Assembly: GCA_027492445.1 (NCBI GenBank)
Contig: JAPUES010000249.1
Coordinates: forward strand, 1 to 41,342
Direction: 5' to 3'
DNA length: 41,342 nucleotides
DNA from: Sporomusaceae bacterium
GTDB taxonomy: Bacteria; Bacillota; Negativicutes; DSM-13327
The translations under genes were made by a program, and so were the position numbers. The notes beneath the pieces are model-generated. The model worked only from the letters and a program-made list of their open reading frames with translations. It made no database searches and was not told the DNA's origin. This document shows, one piece after another, positions 1-9,064 of the stretch (positions are counted from its first letter, which is position 1; every line of letters begins with the position of its first letter).

Positions 1-54
1 CTCGTCGGGCTCATAACCCGAAGGCCACAGGTTCAAGTCCTGTCCCCGCAACCA
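1..54 (+). tRNA. tRNA-fMet(CAT), 5'-truncated by window edge
   Basis: Identical to the 3' part of the complete initiator tRNA at 621-696; GGG/CCC anticodon stem, CAT, CCA end. Confidence 0.95.
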
Positions 55-101
55 ACTACTTCTACTTAGTTTACTTTTTGAAAATAAACTAAGAACAATA
101 T

Positions 102-177
102 GCTGGTGTAGCTCAGTCGGTAGAGCGTATCCTTGGTAAGGATAAGGCCACCGGTTCAATCCCGGTCACTAGCTCCA
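102..177 (+). tRNA. tRNA-Thr(GGT)
   Basis: Cloverleaf; anticodon arm TATCC-TT-GGT-AA-GGATA; GGTTCAAT T-loop; CCA end. Confidence 0.97.
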
Positions 178-195
178 TTAATGTCATTGTTATAT

Positions 196-272
196 GGCGG
201 CGTAGCTCAGCTGGCTAGAGCATTCGGTTCATACCCGAAGGGTCCGGGGTTCAAATCCCTGCGCCGCCACCA
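196..272 (+). tRNA. tRNA-Met(CAT), elongator type
   Basis: GGCGGCG/CGCCGCC acceptor stem, TTCGG-TT-CAT-AC-CCGAA arm, CCA; resembles Firmicute elongator Met rather than Ile2. Confidence 0.93.
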
Positions 273-280
273 AAAAAAAG

Positions 281-309
281 TTGACATAATGAAATGGGTG
301 CTGTATAAT
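281..309 (+). promoter_or_regulatory. Consensus sigma-A promoter for the Thr-Tyr-fMet-Met tRNA block
   Basis: TTGACA(281-286)-17 bp-TATAAT(304-309). Confidence 0.9.
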
Positions 310-341
310 TAAACCTGTTGCATAAGAACATTAACAAAAAT

Positions 342-417
342 GCTGGAATAGCTCAACTGGTAGAGCACCTCACTTGTAATGAGGATGTTGCGGGTTCAAG
401 TCCTGTTTCCAGCTCCA
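342..417 (+). tRNA. tRNA-Thr(TGT)
   Basis: Anticodon arm CCTCA-CT-TGT-AA-TGAGG; CCA end. Confidence 0.97.
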
Positions 418-430
418 TTTAATATCACAT

Positions 431-515
431 GGATAGGTTCCCGAGTGGCTAAAGGGAGCAGACTGTAAATCTGCCGGCTCCGCCTTCGCTGGTTCGAATC
501 CAGCCCTATCCACCA
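431..515 (+). tRNA. tRNA-Tyr(GTA)
   Basis: GCAGA-CT-GTA-AA-TCTGC arm, long variable arm, CCA end. Confidence 0.97.
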
Positions 516-620
516 TCTAAGTAGCGAACCAAAGGTCTGCGAGCAGAGCGAGTGAGAACTTTGTGTGAGTCACTTAGTTAGCATTATAATGCTAACATCA
601 TTAGAGAACAAATCCTTTAT

Positions 621-696
621 CGCGGGGTGGAGCAGTTGGTAGCTCGTCGGGCTCATAACCCGAAGGCCACAGGTTCAAGTCCTGTCCCCGCAACCA
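621..696 (+). tRNA. tRNA-fMet(CAT), initiator
   Basis: C1:A72 mismatch, three G-C pairs in the anticodon stem, CAT, CCA. Confidence 0.97.
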
Positions 697-756
697 ATGC
701 ATTTTAACTGGCTTACTGTGTGATGACACTTAAACCAGTTTTTTAATAACTTATAT

Positions 757-833
757 GGCGGCGTAGCTCAGCTGGCTAGAGCATTCGGTTCATACCCGAA
801 GGGTCCGGGGTTCAAATCCCTGCGCCGCCACCA
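757..833 (+). tRNA. tRNA-Met(CAT), elongator type, second identical copy
   Basis: Identical to 196-272. Confidence 0.93.
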
Positions 834-847
834 AAACCATAAACCAT

Positions 848-874
848 AACTTCGCCTTCTGGCGAAGTTTTTTT
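848..874 (+). terminator. Intrinsic terminator of the tRNA cluster
   Basis: AACTTCGCC-TTCT-GGCGAAGTT followed by a T tract. Confidence 0.85.
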
Positions 875-947
875 GTGGAATGATAAGTAAAGTACAGTCG
901 TTTTCCATAAAAGTTTAGACTTTCTTCTATGAGAGTGTCAGTGAGTG

Positions 948-976
948 TTGACAGGGTGGCATAAGTGTGCTAAATT
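948..976 (+). promoter_or_regulatory. sigma-A promoter of rpmG-trnW-secE-nusG
   Basis: TTGACA-17 bp-TAAATT with extended -10 TGn. Confidence 0.75.
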
Positions 977-1031
977 ATATTAGTGGCATTTTGAAATGAT
1001 GTCATATTTACAGGTAAGAGAGGTGTACAGG

Positions 1032-1181
1032 ATGCGCAATGCGGTAACGTTGGCCTGCACAGAATGCAAACAACGCAATTATCAGACCAATAAAAACAAA
1101 AAGAACGACCCGGATAGATTAGAATTCAATAAGTATTGCAAGTTTTGCAAAAAACATACTTTACACAAAGAAACTAAGTAA
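1032..1181 (+). CDS. rpmG: 50S ribosomal protein L33 (zinc-binding form)
   Basis: [17 protein letters not shown]...[17 protein letters not shown] 1032 follows a GAGGTG RBS (ORF-track start 996 is over-extended). Confidence 0.97.
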   Translation: MRNAVTLACTECKQRNYQTNKNKKNDPDRLEFNKYCKFCKKHTLHKETK

Positions 1182-1203
1182 TTTATACGTAAATTACATT
1201 AGT

Positions 1204-1279
1204 AGGGGTGTAGCTCAATTGGTAGAGTAGCGGTCTCCAAAACCGTTGGTTGCGGGTTCGATTCCTGCCGCCCCTGCCA
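1204..1279 (+). tRNA. tRNA-Trp(CCA)
   Basis: GCGGT-CT-CCA-AA-ACCGT arm; canonical position between rpmG and secE. Confidence 0.97.
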
Positions 1280-1328
1280 AGTAGTCTTACATGCTTGTAT
1301 AGGCAGTATGAGACAGGGATGTGAAAAA

Positions 1329-1544
1329 ATGGTTGCTCAAGAAACAGTTGCAAAAGTCAATACTTCTCGATTTAAAAAATTCTTACGGGAAGTTAAAGCA
1401 GAACTCAAAAAAGTATCATGGCCCACTAAGCAAGAACTTCTTTCCAATACAGGGATAGTATTTATCGCTGTAGTGCTAGTAGTAATCTTGATTTGGGTAA
1501 TGGATGCTACATTCGCTGAGTTGTTACGTTTAATTATCAAGTAG
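1329..1544 (+). CDS. secE: Preprotein translocase subunit SecE
   Basis: EVKAELKKVSWPT motif plus one TM helix; start chosen at ATG 1329. Confidence 0.95.
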   Translation: MVAQETVAKVNTSRFKKFLREVKAELKKVSWPTKQELLSNTGIVFIAVVLVVILIWVMDATFAELLRLIIK

Positions 1545-1582
1545 GCTAAGGGGGTGGGGGCGTAATTGACGTCCCTGAAGTA

Positions 1583-2113
1583 ATGGAATCTGAAAAAAAT
1601 TGGTATGTAATACATACATATTCCGGCTATGAAAACAAAGTGAAAGCTAATCTAGAACGTAAAGTTCATTCCATGGGTATGGAAGATGAAATTTTTCGAG
1701 TCGTAGTACCTATGGAAGATGAAGTTGAAATTAAAGATGGCAAAAAGAAGATTACCAAGAAAAAAGTTTTCCCCGGTTATGTTATGGTAGAGATGATTGT
1801 CAATGATAGATCTTGGTATGTTGTACGCAATACACCAGGTGTTACAGGTTTTGTTGGCTCTGGTACTAAGCCTATCCCACTTACTGATGCCGAAATCAAA
1901 AACATTCTAAAATCCATGGGCATTGAAGAACTGAAACAGAAAATGGATATTGAAGTTTCTCAAATAGTACGTATTACCTCAGGTGCTTTTGAAAATTGGA
2001 CAGCCAAGGTTCTAGAGATTCATCCTGAACGTAGTAAGTTAAAAGTCCTTGTGGATATGTTTGGAAGAGAAACACCAGTAGAATTAGATTTTTCTCAAAT
2101 TGAGAAAGTTTAA
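1583..2113 (+). CDS. nusG: Transcription factor NusG
   Basis: WYVIHTYSGYE, FPGYV, VRNTPGVTGFVG, FGRETPVEL. Confidence 0.98.
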   Translation: MESEKNWYVIHTYSGYENKVKANLERKVHSMGMEDEIFRVVVPMEDEVEIKDGKKKITKKKVFPGYVMVEMIVNDRSWYVVRNTPGVTGFVGSGTKPIPLTDAEIKNILKSMGIEELKQKMDIEVSQIVRITSGAFENWTAKVLEIHPERSKLKVLVDMFGRETPVELDFSQIEKV

Positions 2114-2142
2114 ATAAAGTTTTAAAAAACTTTATGAGTTAC

Positions 2143-2172
2143 GTGGGAGGGCTAAATAGCCCGTAGTACCAC
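2143..2172 (+). promoter_or_regulatory. L1-binding leader hairpin upstream of rplK
   Basis: GTGGGAG-GGCTA/TAGCC-...ACCAC, the L1 operator fold. Confidence 0.75.
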
Positions 2173-2200
2173 ATCATGTAAATAAGGAGGTGTATGCAAA

Positions 2201-2626
2201 ATGGCTAAAAAAGTTGTAAAACTTGTAAAATTGCAAGTTCCTGCTGGTAAAGCGACTCCAGCGCCTCCCGTCGGCCCTGCCCTCGGTCAAGCTGGTGTAA
2301 ATATAATGGCATTTGTTAAGGAATTTAATGAAAGAACGGCTAGTCAAGCTGGACTAATTATTCCAGTAGAAATTACCGTATTCGAAGATAGATCCTTTAC
2401 ATTTATAACCAAAACTCCTCCAGCTCCGATTCTGCTTAAGAAAGCTGCTGGTATTGAATCTGGTTCAGGAGAGCCTAATAAGAAAAAAGTTGCGAAAGTA
2501 TCCCGCGAGAAAGTTCGTGAGATTGCTGAAACAAAAATGAAAGACCTTAATGCTGCCAGCATAGAATCCGCTATGCGTATGATTGAAGGTACTGCCCGTA
2601 GCATGGGTATTGACATCGTAGACTAG
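2201..2626 (+). CDS. rplK: 50S ribosomal protein L11
   Basis: [16 protein letters not shown] motif. Confidence 0.99.
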   Translation: MAKKVVKLVKLQVPAGKATPAPPVGPALGQAGVNIMAFVKEFNERTASQAGLIIPVEITVFEDRSFTFITKTPPAPILLKKAAGIESGSGEPNKKKVAKVSREKVREIAETKMKDLNAASIESAMRMIEGTARSMGIDIVD

Positions 2627-2650
2627 TTTTCGGACAGCCTAGATGTTAAT

Positions 2651-2675
2651 GTGGGAGGATTATCCGCATAACCAC
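2651..2675 (+). promoter_or_regulatory. Second L1-binding hairpin, upstream of rplA
   Basis: GTGGGAGGATTATCCGCATAACCAC, same core as 2143-2172. Confidence 0.75.
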
Positions 2676-2696
2676 AAAGTGAAGGAGTTTTTTGAT

Positions 2697-3404
2697 ATGG
2701 CAAAACATGGTAAAAAATATGAAGAAGCTGCTAAGCTGATTGAAGAAAACAAGCTATATGATCCTTTAGAGGCGATTGAGCTTGCGAAAAAAACAGCTAG
2801 TGCTAAATTTGATGAGACTTTTGAAGTTGCTATCAAGCTAGGGGTTGACCCTAAGCATGCTGATCAGCAAGTTCGTGGCGCAGTTGTATTGCCTCATGGT
2901 ACTGGTAAAACTAAAACTGTTTTAGTTTTTGCTAAAGGCGAGAAGGCAAAAGAAGCTGAAGCTGCTGGTGCTGACTTTGTTGGTGCTGAAGAAATGGTAG
3001 CTAAAATCCAAGGTGGTTGGACTGATTTTGATGTAGCAGTTGCAACTCCTGACATGATGGGTACTGTTGGTCGTCTTGGTAAAGTATTAGGTCCAAAAGG
3101 CTTAATGCCTAACCCTAAAGTTGGTACTGTAACTTTAGATGTTGCTCGTGCTATAAGTGAAATTAAAGCCGGTAAGATTGAGTACCGTACTGATAAAGCA
3201 GGTAATATTCACGCGCCAATTGGTAAATTATCATTTGAAAGTGAAAGCATTCTTGCAAACTTCTATACCTTAGTTGATACTTTGGTAAAAGTAAAACCAG
3301 CCGCTGCTAAAGGTCAGTATATGCGCAGTATTACTATGAGCACTACTATGGGACCTGGTGTAAAAGTGAACCCACTTAAAGCTGCTGGCAACAAAAAAGA
3401 CTAA
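2697..3404 (+). CDS. rplA: 50S ribosomal protein L1
   Basis: [28 protein letters not shown] 2697 after AAGGAG. Confidence 0.99.
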   Translation: MAKHGKKYEEAAKLIEENKLYDPLEAIELAKKTASAKFDETFEVAIKLGVDPKHADQQVRGAVVLPHGTGKTKTVLVFAKGEKAKEAEAAGADFVGAEEMVAKIQGGWTDFDVAVATPDMMGTVGRLGKVLGPKGLMPNPKVGTVTLDVARAISEIKAGKIEYRTDKAGNIHAPIGKLSFESESILANFYTLVDTLVKVKPAAAKGQYMRSITMSTTMGPGVKVNPLKAAGNKKD

Positions 3405-3462
3405 ATTGAATTAGTAAGCCATTGTAGAATTTTCGATTACCTATAACTTAATAGAAAAATTA

Positions 3463-3594
3463 GGCTGTAGACAGCAGGTACTAATAATGAACAATGAAGA
3501 CGAAAGTCTTTAAAAAGTTCGCCTGCCGAGGTCGGAGATTTTGCAATAGCTTTTGCTATGAGCGGCCTCCGGCATATTGCCGAGAGGTCGTTTT
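3463..3594 (+). promoter_or_regulatory. L10 leader (L10/L12 autoregulatory attenuator) with terminator hairpin
   Basis: GCTGTAGACAGCAGG...CCTGCCGAGG core, then GCGGCCTC...GAGGTCGT-TTT hairpin. Confidence 0.8.
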
Positions 3595-3598
3595 GTTT

Positions 3599-3690
3599 CG
3601 GAATTAGAAAGTCGCCTTTCTAATTCCAAGTAAGGGCAACTAAGACTTCTGCCTGCGTCTGAGGATTTGGCAGAAGATAAGTTTTCTTTA
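3599..3690. repeat. Dispersed double-hairpin repeat (REP/MITE-like), copy 1
   Basis: Perfect 12-bp stem GGAATTAGAAAG/CTTTCTAATTCC, then CTTCTGCC/GGCAGAAG stem; homologous to 4959-5054. Confidence 0.8.
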
Positions 3691-3716
3691 TATTCTTCTA
3701 AAGGAGGTGGATTTTA

Positions 3717-4247
3717 GTGGCTGTAACATCAGAAAAAATATCAGTGGTTTCTGAAATTAAAGGAAAGCTTTCTGCAAGTAAAGGTGCGGTACTCACAAAT
3801 TACCGTGGTCTTACTGTGGCGCAAGATACCCAACTTCGTCGTAAATTACGTGAAGCTGGCGTAGAATATCGTGTTTTCAAAAATACGATGACAAGGATTG
3901 CTGCCAAAGAAGTTGGTATTGAAGGCCTAGATATATATCTAGAAGGACCAACTGCAATTGCCATGTCTGAGACAGACCCAGTTGCTCCAGCGCGTGTAAT
4001 TTCTGACTTTGTAAAAGAGCATAAATTAAAAGCATTGGAAGTTAAAGGTGGAATATTAGACGGCAAGGTTATTGATGCTGAAGGTGTAAAAGCTTTGGCA
4101 AACCTACCAGCTCGCGAAGTGCTTATTGCTCAAGTATTGGCTGGTATGCAAACTCCAATTGCTGGATTTGTCAATGTTCTTCAAGGTTCTATTCGCAAAT
4201 TTGTTTATGCGCTTGAAGCTGTGCGTCAACAAAAAGAATCAGCTTAG
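3717..4247 (+). CDS. rplJ: 50S ribosomal protein L10
   Basis: YRGLTVAQ, KNTM, GPTAIA; GTG start after AAGGAGGT. Confidence 0.98.
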   Translation: MAVTSEKISVVSEIKGKLSASKGAVLTNYRGLTVAQDTQLRRKLREAGVEYRVFKNTMTRIAAKEVGIEGLDIYLEGPTAIAMSETDPVAPARVISDFVKEHKLKALEVKGGILDGKVIDAEGVKALANLPAREVLIAQVLAGMQTPIAGFVNVLQGSIRKFVYALEAVRQQKESA

Positions 4248-4296
4248 TTTTAGCTTTAATTAAAAATAAAAAAAGAATTTATGGAGGTATTTTAAA

Positions 4297-4665
4297 ATGA
4301 CTCAACAAGAAATTATGCAAGCTATTGAGAACATGACTGTTCTTGAATTATCCGAAATGGTGAAAGCTCTAGAAGAAAAATTTGGTGTATCTGCATCTGC
4401 TCCTATGGCTGTTGCTGCTGCTGCTCCTGTTGCTGCTGCTGCTGCTGAAGAACAATCCGAGTTTGATGTTATTCTTACTAATGCTGGCGCAAGCAAAATT
4501 AACGTAATCAAAGTAGTTCGCGAAGTTACAGGTCTTGGCTTAAAAGAAGCTAAAGAAGTAGTTGACGGCGCACCTAAAGCTGTAAAAGAAAAAATTGCTA
4601 AAGCTGATGCAGAAGCATTAAAAGCTAAACTTGTAGAAGCTGGCGCAACTGTAGAAATTAAATAA
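4297..4665 (+). CDS. rplL: 50S ribosomal protein L7/L12
   Basis: Ala-rich hinge, GLGLKEAKE motif. Confidence 0.99.
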   Translation: MTQQEIMQAIENMTVLELSEMVKALEEKFGVSASAPMAVAAAAPVAAAAAEEQSEFDVILTNAGASKINVIKVVREVTGLGLKEAKEVVDGAPKAVKEKIAKADAEALKAKLVEAGATVEIK

Positions 4666-4700
4666 TTTTAACCTAGTTACTATTATTTAATCTTTAATTT

Positions 4701-4744
4701 AAAAAATATAAAGAGTACCCATTGTGGTACTCTTTATATTTTTT
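4701..4744 (+). terminator. Terminator after rplL (symmetric A/T flanks)
   Basis: AAAAAATATAAAGAGTACC-6 nt-GGTACTCTTTATATTTTTT. Confidence 0.88.
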
Positions 4745-4767
4745 AATATTAATTTTTGGGAAGTTGC

Positions 4768-4796
4768 TTGACGAAGGAATATTGTTATGATATAAT
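4768..4796 (+). promoter_or_regulatory. sigma-A promoter upstream of the rpoB leader
   Basis: TTGACG-17 bp-TATAAT with extended TGn. Confidence 0.85.
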
Positions 4797-4915
4797 TCTT
4801 CAATGTGATAAATGTTTGTTTTTAAGTGATGTTTTTATTGCGTAGCGTATAAAATATTGATTGGCAGGAAATAGTAATATAATGGAGGATGAAATAATAT
4901 TTCATCATGTAAAAC

Positions 4916-4957
4916 AAGCAAGGTCTTTTATTTCACTGGATAAGCCTTGCTTTTTTT
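4916..4957 (+). terminator. Intrinsic terminator-like hairpin inside the rpoB leader
   Basis: AAGCAAGG...CCTTGC followed by T7. Confidence 0.6.
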
Positions 4958-4958
4958 G

Positions 4959-5054
4959 CGGAATTAGGAATTTTATAGTTTTCTAATTCCAAGTAAGGAC
5001 ATATAAGACGTTTGTCTGTGTCTAAGGACTTGGCACAAACCAAGTCTTTTCTTA
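4959..5054. repeat. Dispersed double-hairpin repeat, copy 2
   Basis: CGGAATTAG...TTTCTAATTCCAAGTAAGG...TAAGAC...GTCT.AGGA.TTGGCA...AAGT..TTCTT shared with 3599-3690. Confidence 0.8.
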
Positions 5055-5215
5055 TCTTATTATTTACAACTGCTTGCCTTCGATATTATAGTATTTGCTA
5101 CGCAGTATTGTATTATGTAAAAGGTTTTATACCGGCGACAAAATTAGTAGTTAAAACTTCTACGTTGTCGTTTGGGGGTATAGAGTTTAATTTTGGCTAA
5201 GGGGTGAAGGATTTA

Positions 5216-8200
5216 ATGTTTAATCCTGTTCAGGTTGGCAAGAAAGTAAGATACAGTTATGCCAAGATTAAAGAAGTGCTGGACATGCCCAACCTTATCG
5301 AAATTCAGAAGAATTCGTATAACTGGTTTCTGAAGGACGGGTTGCGAGAAATTTTTCATGACATTTCGCCTATTCAGGACTTTACAGGTAATTTAGTGTT
5401 GACTTTTGAAAATTTCACACTAGGCGAACCCAAATATGTCTGTGAAGAATGTAAAGAGCGAGATGTTACATATTCTGCACCATTACGTGTAAATGTCCGG
5501 CTAATTAATCGTGAGACTGGCGAAATTAAAGAACAAGAAGTATTTATGGGTGATTTCCCGCTGATGACTGAAAATGGTACTTTTATCATTAACGGTGCAG
5601 AGCGGGTTATTGTCAGCCAATTAGTGCGTTCTCCTGGGGCATATTATAATGAAACCATTGACGCCAGTGGCAAAAAACTTTACAATTCCACGGTTATACC
5701 AAACCGTGGTGCATGGCTTGAATTAGAAACTGATGCTAATGACGTAATGTCCGTTCGTGTTGACCGGACACGTAAGTTGCCAGCAACTGTTCTTATTCGT
5801 GCCCTAGGCTATGCATCCAATGCGGCTATTTCAGAATTGTTCCACGATGATGTTCGTATTCGAGCTACTCTAGAACGAGATAATACCAATTCAAGAGAAG
5901 AAGCCTTAGTAGAAATCTACAAAAGGTTGCGTCCCGGTGAACCACCAACTGTTGATAATGCAACTCAATTATTGGAGTCTTTGTTTTTTGATTCCAAGCG
6001 ATATGATTTAGCAACAGTAGGACGTTATAAACTAACTAAAAAACTAGGTTGGCAACGTCGTTTAATGGGTAAGACGTTGTATCAACCCATTGTAAATGCT
6101 GAAACTGGTGAAGTTATTGTACCAGCAGACACTACAATTGAAGAAAAAACAATTAATCTCATTGAAGAAAGTGGTATCTTTGCAAATGAAGATTTGATTG
6201 AAGTAAAAGTTAAGCTAAAGGATGGTTCGCCGGCGAAAATGCTGTGTAATCCTAGCAGACCTTATACTTATCGGACGATTACTAGGGAAGATATTTTAGC
6301 TTCTGTCAGTTACCTTCTTAATTTAATGGATGGTTTCGGCAATGTAGATGATATTGACCATTTAGGCAATCGTAGACTCCGTTCTGTAGGCGAACTATTG
6401 CAGAATCAATTCCGCATTGGTTTATCACGAATGGAACGTGTAGTTAAAGAACGTATGACAATACAGGATGTGGATGTAATTACACCACAGGCTCTGATTA
6501 ATATTCGTCCTGTTGTAGCTGCGATCAAAGAATTCTTTGGTTCCAGTCAATTGTCACAATTTATGGATCAGACCAATCCGCTAGCAGAACTCACTCACAA
6601 AAGACGTCTTAGTGCCCTAGGGCCTGGTGGACTTAGTCGTGAACGAGCTGGTTTTGAAGTTCGTGACGTACATCATTCTCATTATGGTCGTATGTGTCCG
6701 ATCGAAACACCAGAAGGTCCGAATATCGGTCTGATTGGCTCTCTATCCACCTTTGGACGTATTAATGAGTTTGGTTTTATTGAAACGCCTTACCGTAAAA
6801 TTGATAAATACAATAAACGCGTAACGGAAGAAGTAAGATATCTGACTGCTGACGAAGAAGATGAAGTAGTGTGTGCTCAAGCAAATGAACCTATCGGAGA
6901 AGATGGGTGGTTTGTAGAACCGCGTATTACTGTACGTCACAGAAGTGAAATCTTAGTGATTCCAGCAGAGAAAGTTGATTATATGGACGTATCGGCGAAA
7001 CAAGTTGTTTCGATTGCGACAGCCATGATTCCTTTCCTCGAAAATGATGACGCGAATCGTGCTTTGATGGGGGCAAACATGCAACGTCAAGCCGTGCCTC
7101 TTCTTAGAACCCAGGCTCCTCTAGTAGGAACAGGTATGGAATATAAGGCTGCACGAGATTCAGGAGTTCTCATTCTTGCAAAAAATGCTGGGGTTATTGA
7201 AAAAGTTACAGCAACTGAGATTCGAGTGCGTACTGATCGAGGTAGTTTAGATACTTACAAATTACTCAAATACTTACGCTCCAATCAAGGAACTTGTATC
7301 AATCAAAAACCAATTGTTTATAAAGGTGAAGTCGTAGAAAAAGGTCAAGTGTTGGCCGATGGACCTGCAACCGATAAAGGTGAATTAGCTTTAGGATTCA
7401 ATGTTCTGATTGCTTTTATGCCATGGGAAGGTTACAACTACGAGGATGCTATTTTATTAAGTGAAAAAATCGTAAGAGATGATATATATACATCCATTCA
7501 TATTGAAGAATACGAATGCGATGCCCGTGATACCAAACTAGGACCAGAAGAAATTACTCGCGACATTCCAAATGTGGCGGAAGAAGTACTCAAAGACCTT
7601 GATGATCGAGGGATTATTCGCATTGGTGCGGAAGTAAGACCGGGAGATATCATGGTTGGTAAAGTTACTCCTAAAGGAGAGACTGAACTTACTGCTGAGG
7701 AACGTTTGCTCCGAGCAATTTTCGGTGAAAAAGCTCGCGAAGTCCGTGATACTTCTCTTCGGGTTCCACATGGTGAAGCTGGTAAAATTGTTGATGTTAA
7801 AGTATTTAGCCGAGAAAATGGAGATGAATTACCACCGGGTGTGAATTTCCTAGTTCGTGTTTATATAGCACAAAAACGGAAAATCTCGGAAGGGGACAAA
7901 ATGGCAGGGCGTCACGGTAATAAGGGTGTCGTTTCGCGTATTATGCGCGAAGAAGATATGCCATTTTTACCGGATGGAACGCCAGTACAAATCGTGTTAA
8001 ACCCACTAGGTGTACCATCTCGTATGAATATCGGACAAGCACTAGAAACTCATTTGGGGATGGCTGCTGCTGCCTTTGGTATGCAGATTAAAGCAAAATC
8101 ACCTGATATAGAAGCGCGCTTACGTAAAGTTGGCTATGATGTTGATAAACATGGTATGCCAAAGGCCGATGTTGCAGGCGTAAACCTAGCTACTCCCGTA

Positions 8201-9040
8201 TTTGACGGTGCTCGCGAAAAAGAAGTATTCAATACTTTGGAAGCGGCAGGATTACCAGTAGATGGTAAAACCGTTCTGTATGATGGGCGTACAGGGGAAG
8301 CCTTTGACAATCGCGTAACAGTAGGCTTCGTATATATGTTAAAATTAGCTCATCTAGTTGATGACAAAATCCATGCTCGTTCTACAGGTCCTTACTCTCT
8401 AGTTACGCAGCAACCACTTGGCGGTAAAGCCCAATTTGGTGGTCAGCGTTTTGGAGAAATGGAGGTGTGGGCACTAGAAGCTTATGGTGCTGCTTACACT
8501 CTACAAGAATTGTTAACAGTAAAATCAGATGATGTCGTCGGTCGGGTAAAAACATATGAAGCCATTGTGAAAGGCGAAAATATACCTGAACCTGGTGTGC
8601 CTGAATCCTTTAAAGTTTTGATCAAAGAATTACAAAGTATTGGACTTGATATTAAAATTTTAAATGAAGATGCGCAAGAAATCATGATTGATGACATTGA
8701 TGATGATGTACAGCAAGCTGCTAAAGAACTCGAACAAAACATCGGTGTTACATTAATCGCTGCCCCAGATCCTCATGCTCGAACGAAGGAAGAATTAGAG
8801 CCAGAAGCAGTAGAAGAATATGATATTCTTGATGAAATTGAGCCATTAGAAGAAGAGCTTGATATTATTGCTGAAATTGGCGTATTAGGAACTGAGAAAT
8901 TCGACCTTAGTGACAAGGATGAGACAGAAGAGGCAGAAGCCCCACTCGCAAGTAAGGCCCTAAAAAAGGCAAAAAGTAAAGAAAAAAAGCTTACACAACG
9001 TGATCTATTACAAGAAATAGATGATGAAGAAATTGAGTAA
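5216..9040 (+). CDS. rpoB: RNA polymerase beta subunit
   Basis: [33 protein letters not shown] 5216 after AAGGGGTGA (GTG 5204 is an alternative). Confidence 0.99.
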   Translation: MFNPVQVGKKVRYSYAKIKEVLDMPNLIEIQKNSYNWFLKDGLREIFHDISPIQDFTGNLVLTFENFTLGEPKYVCEECKERDVTYSAPLRVNVRLINRETGEIKEQEVFMGDFPLMTENGTFIINGAERVIVSQLVRSPGAYYNETIDASGKKLYNSTVIPNRGAWLELETDANDVMSVRVDRTRKLPATVLIRALGYASNAAISELFHDDVRIRATLERDNTNSREEALVEIYKRLRPGEPPTVDNATQLLESLFFDSKRYDLATVGRYKLTKKLGWQRRLMGKTLYQPIVNAETGEVIVPADTTIEEKTINLIEESGIFANEDLIEVKVKLKDGSPAKMLCNPSRPYTYRTITREDILASVSYLLNLMDGFGNVDDIDHLGNRRLRSVGELLQNQFRIGLSRMERVVKERMTIQDVDVITPQALINIRPVVAAIKEFFGSSQLSQFMDQTNPLAELTHKRRLSALGPGGLSRERAGFEVRDVHHSHYGRMCPIETPEGPNIGLIGSLSTFGRINEFGFIETPYRKIDKYNKRVTEEVRYLTADEEDEVVCAQANEPIGEDGWFVEPRITVRHRSEILVIPAEKVDYMDVSAKQVVSIATAMIPFLENDDANRALMGANMQRQAVPLLRTQAPLVGTGMEYKAARDSGVLILAKNAGVIEKVTATEIRVRTDRGSLDTYKLLKYLRSNQGTCINQKPIVYKGEVVEKGQVLADGPATDKGELALGFNVLIAFMPWEGYNYEDAILLSEKIVRDDIYTSIHIEEYECDARDTKLGPEEITRDIPNVAEEVLKDLDDRGIIRIGAEVRPGDIMVGKVTPKGETELTAEERLLRAIFGEKAREVRDTSLRVPHGEAGKIVDVKVFSRENGDELPPGVNFLVRVYIAQKRKISEGDKMAGRHGNKGVVSRIMREEDMPFLPDGTPVQIVLNPLGVPSRMNIGQALETHLGMAAAAFGMQIKAKSPDIEARLRKVGYDVDKHGMPKADVAGVNLATPVFDGAREKEVFNTLEAAGLPVDGKTVLYDGRTGEAFDNRVTVGFVYMLKLAHLVDDKIHARSTGPYSLVTQQPLGGKAQFGGQRFGEMEVWALEAYGAAYTLQELLTVKSDDVVGRVKTYEAIVKGENIPEPGVPESFKVLIKELQSIGLDIKILNEDAQEIMIDDIDDDVQQAAKELEQNIGVTLIAAPDPHARTKEELEPEAVEEYDILDEIEPLEEELDIIAEIGVLGTEKFDLSDKDETEEAEAPLASKALKKAKSKEKKLTQRDLLQEIDDEEIE

Positions 9041-9064
9041 TTTGAAGAAGGGAGTGATAACCCT

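Noticed and set aside
196..272. CAT tRNA as lysidine tRNA-Ile2
   Set aside because: Sequence resembles Firmicute elongator tRNA-Met; not fully excluded without a covariance-model classifier
4408..4446. GCT trinucleotide run in rplL
   Set aside because: Encodes the normal Ala-rich L7/L12 hinge
5012..5200. 62-aa + strand ORF upstream of rpoB
   Set aside because: Starts inside the repeat element, has no SD or recognisable motif, and runs through the leader hairpin
6531..6640. Possible rifampicin-resistance substitutions in RpoB cluster I
   Set aside because: [26 protein letters not shown] keeps the susceptible-type Q, D, H, R and S residues
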